42,912 bases of DNA from a virus (Duplodnaviria > Caudoviricetes). The notes beneath the pieces were generated by a model that worked only from the letters and a program-made list of their open reading frames with translations, ran no database searches and was not told where the DNA came from. Positions 24,775-33,914 of this stretch are shown here, piece by piece. Each line of letters starts with the position of its first letter. Position 1 is the stretch's first letter. The stretch covers positions 1-42,912 of IMG/VR virus record IMGVR_UViG_3300037483_000316; one strand, given 5' to 3'. A program made the translations under genes and the position numbers.

Positions 24775-25716
24775 ATGAGTACACCTATCAACACTAAGGA
24801 AATGGCTCGCTTCGTCCTGCCTATCGTCCGCAAAGAATGGGACCAGGAGATGCTCAATCCCCGGATTGCATCCCCCGCTTTTCAATTCTATGGGATCGAA
24901 GGTTCTACTTCATCGGTAGAGTACTCGCAGGGTTTGGGCGCGTTTGGGCTCATTCCTGAATACAACGCTTCGACTGCCGAAGGCGCTTCGGCTTCGCTGC
25001 GCTATGACAGCTTTTCTGAGTTGTACGAAACCACCTTCACGCACAAAGAGTATCAACTTGCCGTATCGCTCGAGCGGAAACTGCTCGATGATAACAAGAC
25101 CCTGCAGATCCGCCGCAAGGCTGCCAGCCTGGGCTTGTCCTTTGGCCGCACCCGCGCTTACTATGCGTCAAGCGTGTTCAATAACGCATTTTCCGGGTCC
25201 TATGTGGGCGCTGATGCTGTGGCGCTTTGCTCAGACTCACATCCGGTTAACAAAAACTCAAGTAGCACTTACGATAACGCGGGCACGACTGCTTTGTCCT
25301 ATACTGCGGTCAAAACGACCCTGATCGCGGGGCAGGATATGAACGATGACCGGGGCAATCCTATGCCGATCATCTACGACACGTTGTATGTGCCTACTGC
25401 CTTGCAGGGGACTGCATTCGAGATCGTCCAGGCGATTGGCAAGCCCGGCTCCGCTGACAACGATGCCAACGCGCTGCGCTTCATGGCTGGTGGTATGGGC
25501 GTCGTGGTTGACCCGTATCTCACCGATGCAAATAACTGGTTCATGATCGACAGTGCAATGGCGCGGCAGCATCTGCTTTGGTTCAACCGCGTTCTGCCTG
25601 AATTGATGCTCGACCCGTCGAGCGATTTCAACCTGAGAGCTAGCTATTCAGGATATATGAGATTTAGCTTCGGATGGGACGATTCTCGCTGGTTATTCGG
25701 TCATGCCGTTACTTAG
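24775..25716 (+). CDS. Major capsid protein, Mu gpT-like
   Basis: GADAVALCSDSHP, LYVPTAL, VVDPYLTDANNWF, RFSFGWDDSR. Confidence 0.9.
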   Translation: MSTPINTKEMARFVLPIVRKEWDQEMLNPRIASPAFQFYGIEGSTSSVEYSQGLGAFGLIPEYNASTAEGASASLRYDSFSELYETTFTHKEYQLAVSLERKLLDDNKTLQIRRKAASLGLSFGRTRAYYASSVFNNAFSGSYVGADAVALCSDSHPVNKNSSSTYDNAGTTALSYTAVKTTLIAGQDMNDDRGNPMPIIYDTLYVPTALQGTAFEIVQAIGKPGSADNDANALRFMAGGMGVVVDPYLTDANNWFMIDSAMARQHLLWFNRVLPELMLDPSSDFNLRASYSGYMRFSFGWDDSRWLFGHAVT

Positions 25717-25749
25717 TCGTGGATTTTCATCCACAAAGGAGAAAATCTA

Positions 25750-26466
25750 ATGGCTAATACTACTTTCTCGGGACCGGTCATTTCCGAACAGGGCTTCGAT
25801 CTTTCCAGCATTACGCCGACCAGTCACCCGCTCAACTTTTCGAGCATGACTTTGGCAGACAATACCAACGTTATACGCGGTACAAGCGTCATTCCTACTC
25901 GTGCTTCGGGTTGGATTGCTTTCACCGGTACTGTAGGAGCAACTCCGGCACAGGTTTACACCGACTATCGCGAGCTCCATACTACCGGCGTGGCCGAAGT
26001 TTTGGGCGCTGGCTTGTTTACATTCATGGACTCTGGCGCGTCGTGCAAGAGCCTGTTTGCTTTACAGGCAATTGCCGAAGTTGATGCAGGCGCAACGGTA
26101 CTAAGTGCCGCAGGCGATCCCGCCGTTGGCATTTTCCCGATATGGGCAAAGCTTTTGCTGAATGGGGAAACATTCACATCAGGTGGCGTAGCTGCTTCTA
26201 TTTTCCTGGCGGTGCAATCGAATGTGACAGACGTGAGCGCAGAAGATGTTTCGGCGATCAATGTCGAGAATGCCTCAGGCGTGACTAAATCTCTGTTGCA
26301 TTTGACCAACACGGCAAACGGGTTTACCAATCTGCTTTGGCTCCCCGATGATGAACTGCCCGCTAAGTCTACTCAGACGAATGCGGGCACTCAAAGCGGA
26401 TGGATTAAAGTGCTTATCGGCACTGCGACCCGCTATATCAAACTCTGGGACACTGCTCCATCATAA
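25750..26466 (+). CDS. Putative virion protein (head fibre/appendage)
   Basis: MANTTFSGPVIS start and GWIKVLIGTATRYIKLW end, typical of post-capsid fibre-like proteins. Confidence 0.55.
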   Translation: MANTTFSGPVISEQGFDLSSITPTSHPLNFSSMTLADNTNVIRGTSVIPTRASGWIAFTGTVGATPAQVYTDYRELHTTGVAEVLGAGLFTFMDSGASCKSLFALQAIAEVDAGATVLSAAGDPAVGIFPIWAKLLLNGETFTSGGVAASIFLAVQSNVTDVSAEDVSAINVENASGVTKSLLHLTNTANGFTNLLWLPDDELPAKSTQTNAGTQSGWIKVLIGTATRYIKLWDTAPS

Positions 26467-26473
26467 GGTTGCA

Positions 26474-26650
26474 ATGGATAAAGAGAAACTCGAAAATCGG
26501 CTGGCTACATTGCAGGCATTGCTCAAACAAATAGAAGCGAACGGCAATTCAACTCTTGGCGCTATTGCAGAATGCGAGTATTGGTTAGCGCAGATCGAAC
26601 AAAGCAAAAACGCGCCGAAAGAAACCAGCAAGCCAGTCGAAAAGAAATAA
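26474..26650 (+). CDS. Small coiled-coil protein (possible fibre chaperone)
   Basis: LENRLATLQ...GAIAECEYWL. Confidence 0.6.
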   Translation: MDKEKLENRLATLQALLKQIEANGNSTLGAIAECEYWLAQIEQSKNAPKETSKPVEKK

Positions 26651-26680
26651 TAAAGGGCGGGCGCAATGCCCGCCCTTTAT
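26650..26680 (+). terminator. Hairpin terminator
   Basis: ATAAAGGGCGGGC gcaat GCCCGCCCTTTAT. Confidence 0.65.
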
Positions 26681-26690
26681 GGAGTAAATA

Positions 26691-26825
26691 ATGCTACTCA
26701 GAATATGCACAGTTGTTTTCTTCCTGCTGATTGGCCTGTTATATCTGGGCGTAGGTCTGCCCTACCTGGAAGTATTGGTAGGGGTTTCAGCTGTTATCCT
26801 GGGCATCGCTCACGCGATAGGGTGA
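26691..26825 (+). CDS. 44-aa 2-TM protein (not in ORF track)
   Basis: GGAG SD; MLLRICTVVFFLLIGLLYLGVGLPYLEVLVGVSAVILGIAHAIG. Confidence 0.6.
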   Translation: MLLRICTVVFFLLIGLLYLGVGLPYLEVLVGVSAVILGIAHAIG

Positions 26826-26829
26826 AACC

Positions 26830-27216
26830 ATGATGACTATTGAAGCAATAGGTCCGCTTAATTCTGGCGTGGGCGCGGGTGGCGCAGGGGTGGCAACCAA
26901 TAACGCAACAGGCGCGGAATACATTACCGGGAACTTGCTCGGTTTCTACATTCGTTATAACGACTCTCCTCCTGCGGGCACAACCGATGTCACCATCGAA
27001 ACAACTGGGGGCGTTATGCCAGGGCGCACGTTACTGACGATTTCCAACGCGGCGACAGATGGATTTTTCCCTGTGCGCCTGGGGGCAGTCTCTACGGCCA
27101 ACGCTGCAATTACTGACAGCAACGTGCTTGCGCCGTTGGTGCGAGACAAGATCAAAGTTACAATAGCGCAAGCTAATAACGGTGACAGTGTGGATATTTG
27201 GACGGTGGTTTGCTAA
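26830..27216 (+). CDS. Putative virion protein
   Basis: Beta-rich, in the structural operon. Confidence 0.6.
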   Translation: MMTIEAIGPLNSGVGAGGAGVATNNATGAEYITGNLLGFYIRYNDSPPAGTTDVTIETTGGVMPGRTLLTISNAATDGFFPVRLGAVSTANAAITDSNVLAPLVRDKIKVTIAQANNGDSVDIWTVVC

Positions 27217-27629
27217 TGACATTCACTTTTGCGACCAACCTGTCTACCGATTTAGCTTTGGTCCGCTTCCACGTAGGGGATACCAATGAAGACGGCGCGT
27301 ACCTGGCCGATGAAACCATCACCGCACTACTGACTATTGAAGGCTCGGTAGGCGCGGCATCCATCGCCTGCATCCGCTATATCATCACCCAGCTTTCCAG
27401 TCCTGATTTTTATAAAGATTGGCTGCGCGTCTCTAACGCAGAAGCACGCAAGGGGTTCGAAAACTTGCTGAAATTGAAAGCACAGGAATTCGGGATCAAC
27501 CTGGGCGGCGTGACAGCTACGGCTACCATCAGCCTGCCTTACCGGGCGGATAGTTACCAATACACTAGTGCCGACCGCGTGGCTACCGAAGAGACCGATG
27601 AAACGGCAGTTTATGATGGGAGCCCGTAA
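27216..27629 (+). CDS. Head-tail connector/adaptor
   Basis: VRFHVGDT....LADETITALL; position. Confidence 0.7.
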   Translation: MTFTFATNLSTDLALVRFHVGDTNEDGAYLADETITALLTIEGSVGAASIACIRYIITQLSSPDFYKDWLRVSNAEARKGFENLLKLKAQEFGINLGGVTATATISLPYRADSYQYTSADRVATEETDETAVYDGSP

Positions 27630-28018
27630 TGCCTGCGCTTGTCTCGAACCGGCTCGCCAAACAACTGCAACGCAAAACCGTCGAACATTTTTACGGCGAT
27701 ACTGGCAGCCTGCTACAGGACACCGTAGCCAGCCTGGATGAATACGGCCAGCCGGTGGTGACTACCACGTCAACTACTTTGGCTTGTTCATTCACAGACG
27801 CGCCGGATAAAGAGAAATGGAAAGACTTTGCGGATGTTGACCAGATTTCCGCTGAGGTGCGCTTTGCAGGCTCGACCGCGCCCGCGCGCGGAAACAGGTT
27901 CACCATAACGGGGCGTTGGGGCGATAGCGCATTTGTAGATGCAACATTCGAGATCATTGGCATTCAGGGCCGGGGCACATTCGGCTATGTGTGCGCTCTA
28001 AAGAAAGTGCAAATCTAA
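27629..28018 (+). CDS. Head closure protein
   Basis: DEYGQP and FEIIGI; position. Confidence 0.65.
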   Translation: MPALVSNRLAKQLQRKTVEHFYGDTGSLLQDTVASLDEYGQPVVTTTSTTLACSFTDAPDKEKWKDFADVDQISAEVRFAGSTAPARGNRFTITGRWGDSAFVDATFEIIGIQGRGTFGYVCALKKVQI

Positions 28019-28314
28019 TGAATAAAGATGAAATATTGAACATGCCAGCAGGTGACAAAATCGACGCGCTCGTCAGATCTTACATGGGCGTACAAAAATT
28101 ACCATTGATATGGAAGCCGAGCCAAGATATTCGTGATGCGTGGGAAGTAGTCGAGAAACTCAGTGGCAAGTCTGCATTTGTTGAAGTAACTTTGTATGAT
28201 TGCGGTCACGTTTCTTGTAAACTGCATCCATTCAAATATATTTACGTTGAAGCCGACACTGCCCCGCTTGCGATTTGCAGGGCGGCACTTTTGACTACTT
28301 TGGAGCCATCGTGA
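28018..28314 (+). CDS. Phage ABA-sandwich domain protein (inserted)
   Basis: PSQDIRDAWEVVEKL...ADTAPLAICRAAL. Confidence 0.75.
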   Translation: MNKDEILNMPAGDKIDALVRSYMGVQKLPLIWKPSQDIRDAWEVVEKLSGKSAFVEVTLYDCGHVSCKLHPFKYIYVEADTAPLAICRAALLTTLEPS

Positions 28315-28697
28315 ACGGCATCAAAGTCAATGCAAAAGACGTTATGCGAGTGCTCCAGGCTGCTGGCTTGGATGCTAATGACTTGTTAGACATCGAGAAG
28401 CCCGCCGCATTCGAAATTATCAACGTACAGCGGCGCTTGGTGCCGGTAAAAACATCTGACACAAAAAACAGCGTACAGCAGCACATCCAGGAAGCCAACG
28501 ATCAGCGCGTAATAGATCACATCGGCCCGGAAACAACATACGCGCCTGCTATCGAATTCGGCGTGACATCGAAACCCAATTACCCCATTCAGCCATTTGT
28601 GAGACCGTCCGCATTCGGCAACGAAGGCAATATTAATCGTTCGGCATCAGCCGCATTCAAGACAAAAGTAACGGAGAAATTCAATGGCGGACGCTGA
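28311..28697 (+). CDS. HK97 gp10-like tail completion protein
   Basis: LVPVKTS, YAPAIEFG, QPFVRPS. Confidence 0.8.
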   Translation: MNGIKVNAKDVMRVLQAAGLDANDLLDIEKPAAFEIINVQRRLVPVKTSDTKNSVQQHIQEANDQRVIDHIGPETTYAPAIEFGVTSKPNYPIQPFVRPSAFGNEGNINRSASAAFKTKVTEKFNGGR

Positions 28698-29088
28698 GTC
28701 ATCCTTGCGGACATTTCTTCTAACGCAAGCTGGGATACTGACTGCATTCGGCGCAACTAATACCCGGATTTACATCGACCGGATTGATGCGAGCGTCACC
28801 GTAACTTACCCGTTTGCCATTATCCGCACCATTACTGAAAGCATGGAATATGCACACGACGGCGAGTTGAAGGACAGAACACTCTTTCAGGTTGACGTGT
28901 ACTCGAATGCGAAAAGTACTGCCAACTCCGGCACGGCGGCAATCAAGACGGCTCTTTCTGGCTACCGGGGCACGATTGGTAGTATTACCGCCGGATCATC
29001 TTTTGTAGTCAACACGCGCGGCAACTACGACCCAGACGCGCAATTATTCAGGCGTTCATCCGATGTGCTCATCGGACAGAACGGGTAA
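28684..29088 (+). CDS. Tail terminator (DUF3168-like)
   Basis: RIY..YPFAII..FQVDVYS..LSGYRG. Confidence 0.8.
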   Translation: MADAESSLRTFLLTQAGILTAFGATNTRIYIDRIDASVTVTYPFAIIRTITESMEYAHDGELKDRTLFQVDVYSNAKSTANSGTAAIKTALSGYRGTIGSITAGSSFVVNTRGNYDPDAQLFRRSSDVLIGQNG

Positions 29089-29096
29089 GGAGCAAT

Positions 29097-29855
29097 ATGG
29101 CTAAATACGATGCTTACGGGACTGCATTAAAAATAGGAACTAACCAGGTCGAGACTGCCGTCGTTGTAATAACGACTGTCACGGCAGGTAATGCAAATTT
29201 CATCTTGACCGCTTCCGGTATGACCGGCTCGCCGATCACGACAGTTGTAGCGGTGAGCAATGGCGACGCGGCAACTACGGTAGCAACCAAAGCAGCTACC
29301 GCAATGAACCTGGACGCAAATATAACTGCTCTGTTTTCGGTGGTGGCAAATGGGCCGAACGTTATCGTCACCCGCCTGGTTGCCGCCGCTAATGATGCAA
29401 CGCTCAACCTGGCGTATGCCGATGATACCAGCGGCGGGCTGACCGACGATGCTACATCAAACGACACGACCGCAGGGGTAGCACTCGCAACTATTGCACA
29501 GGTGCAGACTATCAGCGGGCCGGGGCTGGCTGCTGATACTGTTGATGTGACAACGCATGACAGTACAAACGCCTGGGAAGAAGTCGTAGTGAGCATCCTG
29601 CGCTCGGGGGAAGTCACGTTGGATATTGTCTATGATCCTGCCGCAGACACGCACGATGCTACCGGCGGCGCCGGGCTGCTGACTCGCCTGGAAAACAGGA
29701 CGTTGACAAACTTCTCGCTTGTCTTCCCTGATACGGCCAATACGACCTGGGCTTTCAATGGATATGTGAATGGCTTCGAGCCGGGCGAACCGGTAGAGGG
29801 TGCGTTGACCGCTTCTGTGACAGTCAAAATTTCATCTGTGCCAACGCTTGTATAG
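29097..29855 (+). CDS. Tail tube protein with ~110-aa inserted domain
   Basis: ISGPGLAADTVDVTTHDS..WEE...LRSGEVTLDIVYDP...ALTASVTVKISS. Confidence 0.85.
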   Translation: MAKYDAYGTALKIGTNQVETAVVVITTVTAGNANFILTASGMTGSPITTVVAVSNGDAATTVATKAATAMNLDANITALFSVVANGPNVIVTRLVAAANDATLNLAYADDTSGGLTDDATSNDTTAGVALATIAQVQTISGPGLAADTVDVTTHDSTNAWEEVVVSILRSGEVTLDIVYDPAADTHDATGGAGLLTRLENRTLTNFSLVFPDTANTTWAFNGYVNGFEPGEPVEGALTASVTVKISSVPTLV

Positions 29856-29866
29856 GAGTATGAACA

Positions 29867-30289
29867 ATGGCTAAATATGATGCTTATGGAACTCAGTTAT
29901 ATCGCGGCACATCCGGCGCTGGTACGCTTATCGCGCAAGTGCAGAGTTTTTCTGGACCTGGTTTGTCCGCTGATACGGTGGACGTAACCAGCCACGACAG
30001 TACTGGCGCGTGGGAAGAAGTTGTGGTATCTATCCTGCGCTCGGGGGAACTGACATTCGATATTGTTTATGATCCCGCAAACGCAACCCACAAATATGCA
30101 ACGGGCGGCTTGTTGGATGATCTGGCGGACCGCACGGCGACCACGTACACCCTGAAATTCCCAGATGCGGCTACGACCGAATGGACGTTTTCGGCCTACG
30201 TGGTAGGCTTCGAGCCTTCCATGCCGCACGAAGGCGCATTGACCGCTTCTGTGACATTAAAACCTTCGGGCTCGATGACGTTAGTTTAA
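29867..30289 (+). CDS. Tail tube protein, minimal paralogue
   Basis: Same motifs and an identical MAKYDAYGT start. Confidence 0.85.
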   Translation: MAKYDAYGTQLYRGTSGAGTLIAQVQSFSGPGLSADTVDVTSHDSTGAWEEVVVSILRSGELTFDIVYDPANATHKYATGGLLDDLADRTATTYTLKFPDAATTEWTFSAYVVGFEPSMPHEGALTASVTLKPSGSMTLV

Positions 30290-30322
30290 TTACCCCGCAT
30301 GACGGGAGAAAGAAGTATCGAA

Positions 30323-30742
30323 ATGGCTAAGGCCAAAGTTAAAACATTGCTGACCAGAGAACAGATCTTACAGGCGCAAGATATCAAAATCGAAGAAGTC
30401 TATGTGGAACTTTGGGGCGGTAGCGTGTACGTTGAAGGCATGACCGGCACGGAGCGGGATGCTTTTGAGACGGCTATTGTTTCAACCAAAGGCAAGAATG
30501 TTCAGACCAACACGACGAACATCCGCGCCAAGTTGGTCTCTCTAACTGCCTGCGATAAAGACGGGAATAAATTGTTCACCCCTGCTGATACGAAGGTGCT
30601 GGGTGCCAAGTCCGCCGCCGCCCTGCAGCTGGTGTTCGATGTCGCCTGCCGTCTCTCTGGCATCGGTCATAAGGATGTCGAAGAACTCGCGGAGAGTCTC
30701 GAAAAAGACCCTTTCGAAGATTCACCTTCCGACTCGCCTTAG
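30323..30742 (+). CDS. Tail assembly chaperone (gpG-like)
   Basis: LLTREQIL..VELWGGSVYV..ERDAFE..RLSGI. Confidence 0.85.
   Translation: MAKAKVKTLLTREQILQAQDIKIEEVYVELWGGSVYVEGMTGTERDAFETAIVSTKGKNVQTNTTNIRAKLVSLTACDKDGNKLFTPADTKVLGAKSAAALQLVFDVACRLSGIGHKDVEELAESLEKDPFEDSPSDSP
30709..30715 (+). other. -1 ribosomal frameshift site C CCT TTC
   Basis: X XXY YYZ heptamer in the correct phase; the -1 frame is open into the next ORF. Confidence 0.75.
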
Positions 30743-31041
30743 CCTTGGGGATGACGCGCGCCGAACTGCTCGCGCGCATCTCCAGCGAAGAGCTTACGGA
30801 GTGGCTTGCCTTTTATGCTATAGAACCATTTGGTGCTGAGGCAGGATACTTCGGGCACGCGATCACCGCCAGCACGGTCGCTAACGTCAACCGCCGCAAG
30901 GGACACAAGGCAATGCCGATCGAGGACTTTATGCCGAAATTCGAGCGACCGAAAGAACAAGAGCAAGGCATCGAAGGCGCGATCAACTTCGCTAAAACTT
31001 TAACGGTGGCTCTTGGTGGCAAAATTTTGACGAAGGAATAA
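30709..31041 (+). CDS. Tail assembly chaperone frameshift extension (gpT-like)
   Basis: RRFTFRLALALGMTRAELLARISSEELTEWLAFY..EPFG...DFMP. Confidence 0.8.
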   Translation, partial: PFRRFTFRLALALGMTRAELLARISSEELTEWLAFYAIEPFGAEAGYFGHAITASTVANVNRRKGHKAMPIEDFMPKFERPKEQEQGIEGAINFAKTLTVALGGKILTKE

Positions 31042-31043
31042 AA

Positions 31044-31358
31044 ATGGCCGATTTTCAACAGATTCCCGGTGAACTAAACATCGAAATTGGATTGGGGGAT
31101 GACCTGTCGCAGTTGATTGATTTTGACATTGTGCTGACGGGCTATACATTTGTATCCAAAGTGGAACATGGCGCAACCACCACCGACATTACTGTCACCA
31201 ATACCAATCTAGCCACAGGTCAGATCACTCTTGGCCTGACCGATGCGCAAATCACCGCTATCGGCTCGGGCTCACATCGCTGGTATTTGGCCTGGACAAC
31301 TGGAACTACCACCCGGCGCGTATTGGCCGGGACATTCATAGTCAAGCCCTACCCATAA
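31044..31358 (+). CDS. BppU-N-like fibre attachment protein
   Basis: LTGYTF..GQITLGLTDAQ..WYL..RRVLAGTFIV. Confidence 0.6.
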   Translation: MADFQQIPGELNIEIGLGDDLSQLIDFDIVLTGYTFVSKVEHGATTTDITVTNTNLATGQITLGLTDAQITAIGSGSHRWYLAWTTGTTTRRVLAGTFIVKPYP

Positions 31359-31359
31359 C

Positions 31360-32274
31360 ATGACAGTAACGGCGACGATCACAGAGACAGTCATTACCCC
31401 GGCGGTAACAGAAACAACGGTTGCCGCTGCGGTGACTTCTGTTCCTGTCTCGGCTGCTGTTTCTGAAACGACCGTCACCGCATCTGTAGGCTCTACGCCT
31501 GTTTCGGCCGCTGTTACAAATTCATCTATTGCGGCGGCGGTAACATCTACCCCGATCACCGTTTCAGTTTCAGCGCTTGACCCTAATTCTCATTCTGCAT
31601 TAACCATCGGTACGGCCAACGGCCTGTCATTGTCCGAGCAGGTGTTGTCTCTGGGGCTCGCGTCTGCATCTGCCGCCGGTGCATTATCAAGCGCAAATTG
31701 GAGCACGTTCAACGGCAAACAGGATGCGCTTACCGAACAAGCAAACGACATAGCGATTGATACCCTGCTTTCTAATCTCGGCTTGCGCGCGTCTGGCGGT
31801 GAATCATTCTTCGATACCCGCTTGATGTTGCCGATGGGAGAAATAAGCTATTTTAGTATGACCGGCACGACTGTTGTGATTACGGCGGAATCTGACGGCA
31901 GCACGAATATGGTGAAGGCTGCTCCGGTAACATCATTGGATAACGATAAGGAATTCGATAATGGCGGCGCGAACAATGGAAGATTACGCTATACCGGAAC
32001 AACTACGCGGACATTCCATGTGGCCTGTACGATCAGCATTGCGCCCGCAAGTGCAAACGATACGTTTGTATTCGGGATAGCCAAAACGGGAGCGGTGTTA
32101 GCCTCGTCGAAAGTTTTGGTGCAGGCTACTACTGCTTCCGGGATACGCAGTACCGCTATGCACGTAATGACATCGCTGGCAACCAATGATTATCTGGAAT
32201 TGTTCGTAGGGAATACCAACGATACGGATGACTGCACGGTGCATTCGCTCAATATCTTTGCGATGGGAATGTAA
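31360..32274 (+). CDS. Fibre-like protein with 9-aa repeats and a C1q/BclA-like head
   Basis: Seven 9-aa T/S/V/A repeats (31381-31569); GTANGLSL..GALSSANWSTFNGKQ; LATNDYLELFV. Confidence 0.65.
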   Translation: MTVTATITETVITPAVTETTVAAAVTSVPVSAAVSETTVTASVGSTPVSAAVTNSSIAAAVTSTPITVSVSALDPNSHSALTIGTANGLSLSEQVLSLGLASASAAGALSSANWSTFNGKQDALTEQANDIAIDTLLSNLGLRASGGESFFDTRLMLPMGEISYFSMTGTTVVITAESDGSTNMVKAAPVTSLDNDKEFDNGGANNGRLRYTGTTTRTFHVACTISIAPASANDTFVFGIAKTGAVLASSKVLVQATTASGIRSTAMHVMTSLATNDYLELFVGNTNDTDDCTVHSLNIFAMGM

Positions 32275-32276
32275 AA

Positions 32277-33914
32277 ATGACCACAGTTGCGACGCTTTGG
32301 GTTGAACTCGGGCTGGATAGCTCCAAATACCATAAGGGCTTGACGGATGCGACCAGCAGCACATCGGGCCTGGGTGGTGTTATGCAGTCTGTTGGCAACA
32401 TTGCCGGTACTGTGCTCAAAGCTGGTTTCATTGCCGCCGCTGCTGGCGCGGTGGCGCTTGGCAAGGGCATATTCGACTCTGTGCAGGCTGCTGCCGAAGC
32501 ACAGGACGTGCAAGCGCAACTCAACGCGGTACTGGAATCTACCGGCGGGATTGCGGGCGTCACCGCCGATGAAGTCAATCGCCTGGCGGATACCCTGAGC
32601 GGCGTTACAAAATTCGAAGATGAAGCCATAATTAGCGGGGAGAATCTTTTACTCACCTTCACCAATATCGGCAAGGACATATTCCCGGAAGCCACCGAAG
32701 TCATGCTCGATATGTCGCAGGCGTTGGGGCAGGATTTGAAATCGTCTGCAATCCAGTTAGGCAAGGCGTTACAAGACCCGGTTCTAGGCGTGACGGCTCT
32801 ACGGCGCGTTGGCGTCAACTTCAACGACGAACAGAAGAAGATGATAGAAAGCATGGTGGAGGCGGGAGATGTTGCCGGAGCGCAGGCGTTCATCCTGAAA
32901 GAGTTGCAGACGGAGTTCGGCGGGTCTGCGCGCGCGGCAGGTTCCACGTTCGCCGGGCAATTGGAGATCCTGAAAAACGCGCTAGGTAATGTCAAAGAAA
33001 CAATAGGGGCGGCGCTTTTGCCTTTACTGACAAGTTTGGTAGGACACTTCAAGGATTTGATTTTATCTCCCGAATTCCAGGCGGGGCTAGAGCGATTTAC
33101 AACCTGGATTACTAACGAGGCGGTACCCTGGGTCGAGAATAAATTATTGCCTACTCTTGACAAAATCATTGCCTTTTTTGAGGACCCTCCAACAACTGAG
33201 GAGTTTTTAGCTGCAATTGATAAATTTCTAGCTGATATATGGAATAAATTTATAAAATGGTTAGATGAAATTGATTGGCTTTCAGTAGGAAAATCAATAT
33301 CCGATGGAATTGTTACCGCAATAGAGAGCGTAGATTGGACAGCCAATGGCATAAAATTTGGTGAATTCTTGCGTCAGATGTTTGGTATAAGCAAAGATAT
33401 TTCAGATGGCTTTGATTGGACAAGTATTATTACTAGTCCGATTATTGCTGCTGGTGAATTTCTAGCTGGCTGGTTTGCTGGTTTTTGGGGAGTTGAAGTT
33501 TCTGGTTCGTATGAAGAAGCTATCGAACAATGGAAATCTTTTTTCACAGGATTTGGAGATTGGATTGAAAATCAAACAACCATCATCGGGGATAGATTCA
33601 TGAATTGGTGGGATGGAATTATGGATTGGTGGCGGTCCGTAACGCAGGACTTTTTTACCAATAACCCATTTGCCGGAAACTCAGCGGCACCGGCAGATGT
33701 TTCAGTAGGCACTCCCGTTCACGGCTTCGCTTCTGGCGGCTCGTTCACTGTCCCCCCGGGCTTCTCAGGCGATTCTTTCCCGATGCGTGTCTCATCTGGC
33801 GAGCAGGTGAGCGTTACCCCGCCCGGACAAAATAATAACGGCGGGATGAGTGATCAGCAATTGAAAACGCTTGCCAAATATATCGGTATGGAATTCTCGA
33901 AGGTAATGGGATAA
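32277..33914 (+). CDS. Tape measure protein (545 aa)
   Basis: ATLWVELGLD, LLTFTNIG, LGKALQDP, LQTEFGGSA, Trp-periodic helices, GFASGG..GEQV. Confidence 0.92.
   Translation: MTTVATLWVELGLDSSKYHKGLTDATSSTSGLGGVMQSVGNIAGTVLKAGFIAAAAGAVALGKGIFDSVQAAAEAQDVQAQLNAVLESTGGIAGVTADEVNRLADTLSGVTKFEDEAIISGENLLLTFTNIGKDIFPEATEVMLDMSQALGQDLKSSAIQLGKALQDPVLGVTALRRVGVNFNDEQKKMIESMVEAGDVAGAQAFILKELQTEFGGSARAAGSTFAGQLEILKNALGNVKETIGAALLPLLTSLVGHFKDLILSPEFQAGLERFTTWITNEAVPWVENKLLPTLDKIIAFFEDPPTTEEFLAAIDKFLADIWNKFIKWLDEIDWLSVGKSISDGIVTAIESVDWTANGIKFGEFLRQMFGISKDISDGFDWTSIITSPIIAAGEFLAGWFAGFWGVEVSGSYEEAIEQWKSFFTGFGDWIENQTTIIGDRFMNWWDGIMDWWRSVTQDFFTNNPFAGNSAAPADVSVGTPVHGFASGGSFTVPPGFSGDSFPMRVSSGEQVSVTPPGQNNNGGMSDQQLKTLAKYIGMEFSKVMG

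Noticed and set aside
29140-29480. Contractile tail sheath
   Set aside because: It is only a short insert within a tube protein; there are no sheath or baseplate wedge genes
32249-33352. Long antisense ORFs (also 6201-6791, 29114-29617, 36843-37550)
   Set aside because: They are shadows of well-supported genes on the opposite strand, with no SD or motifs
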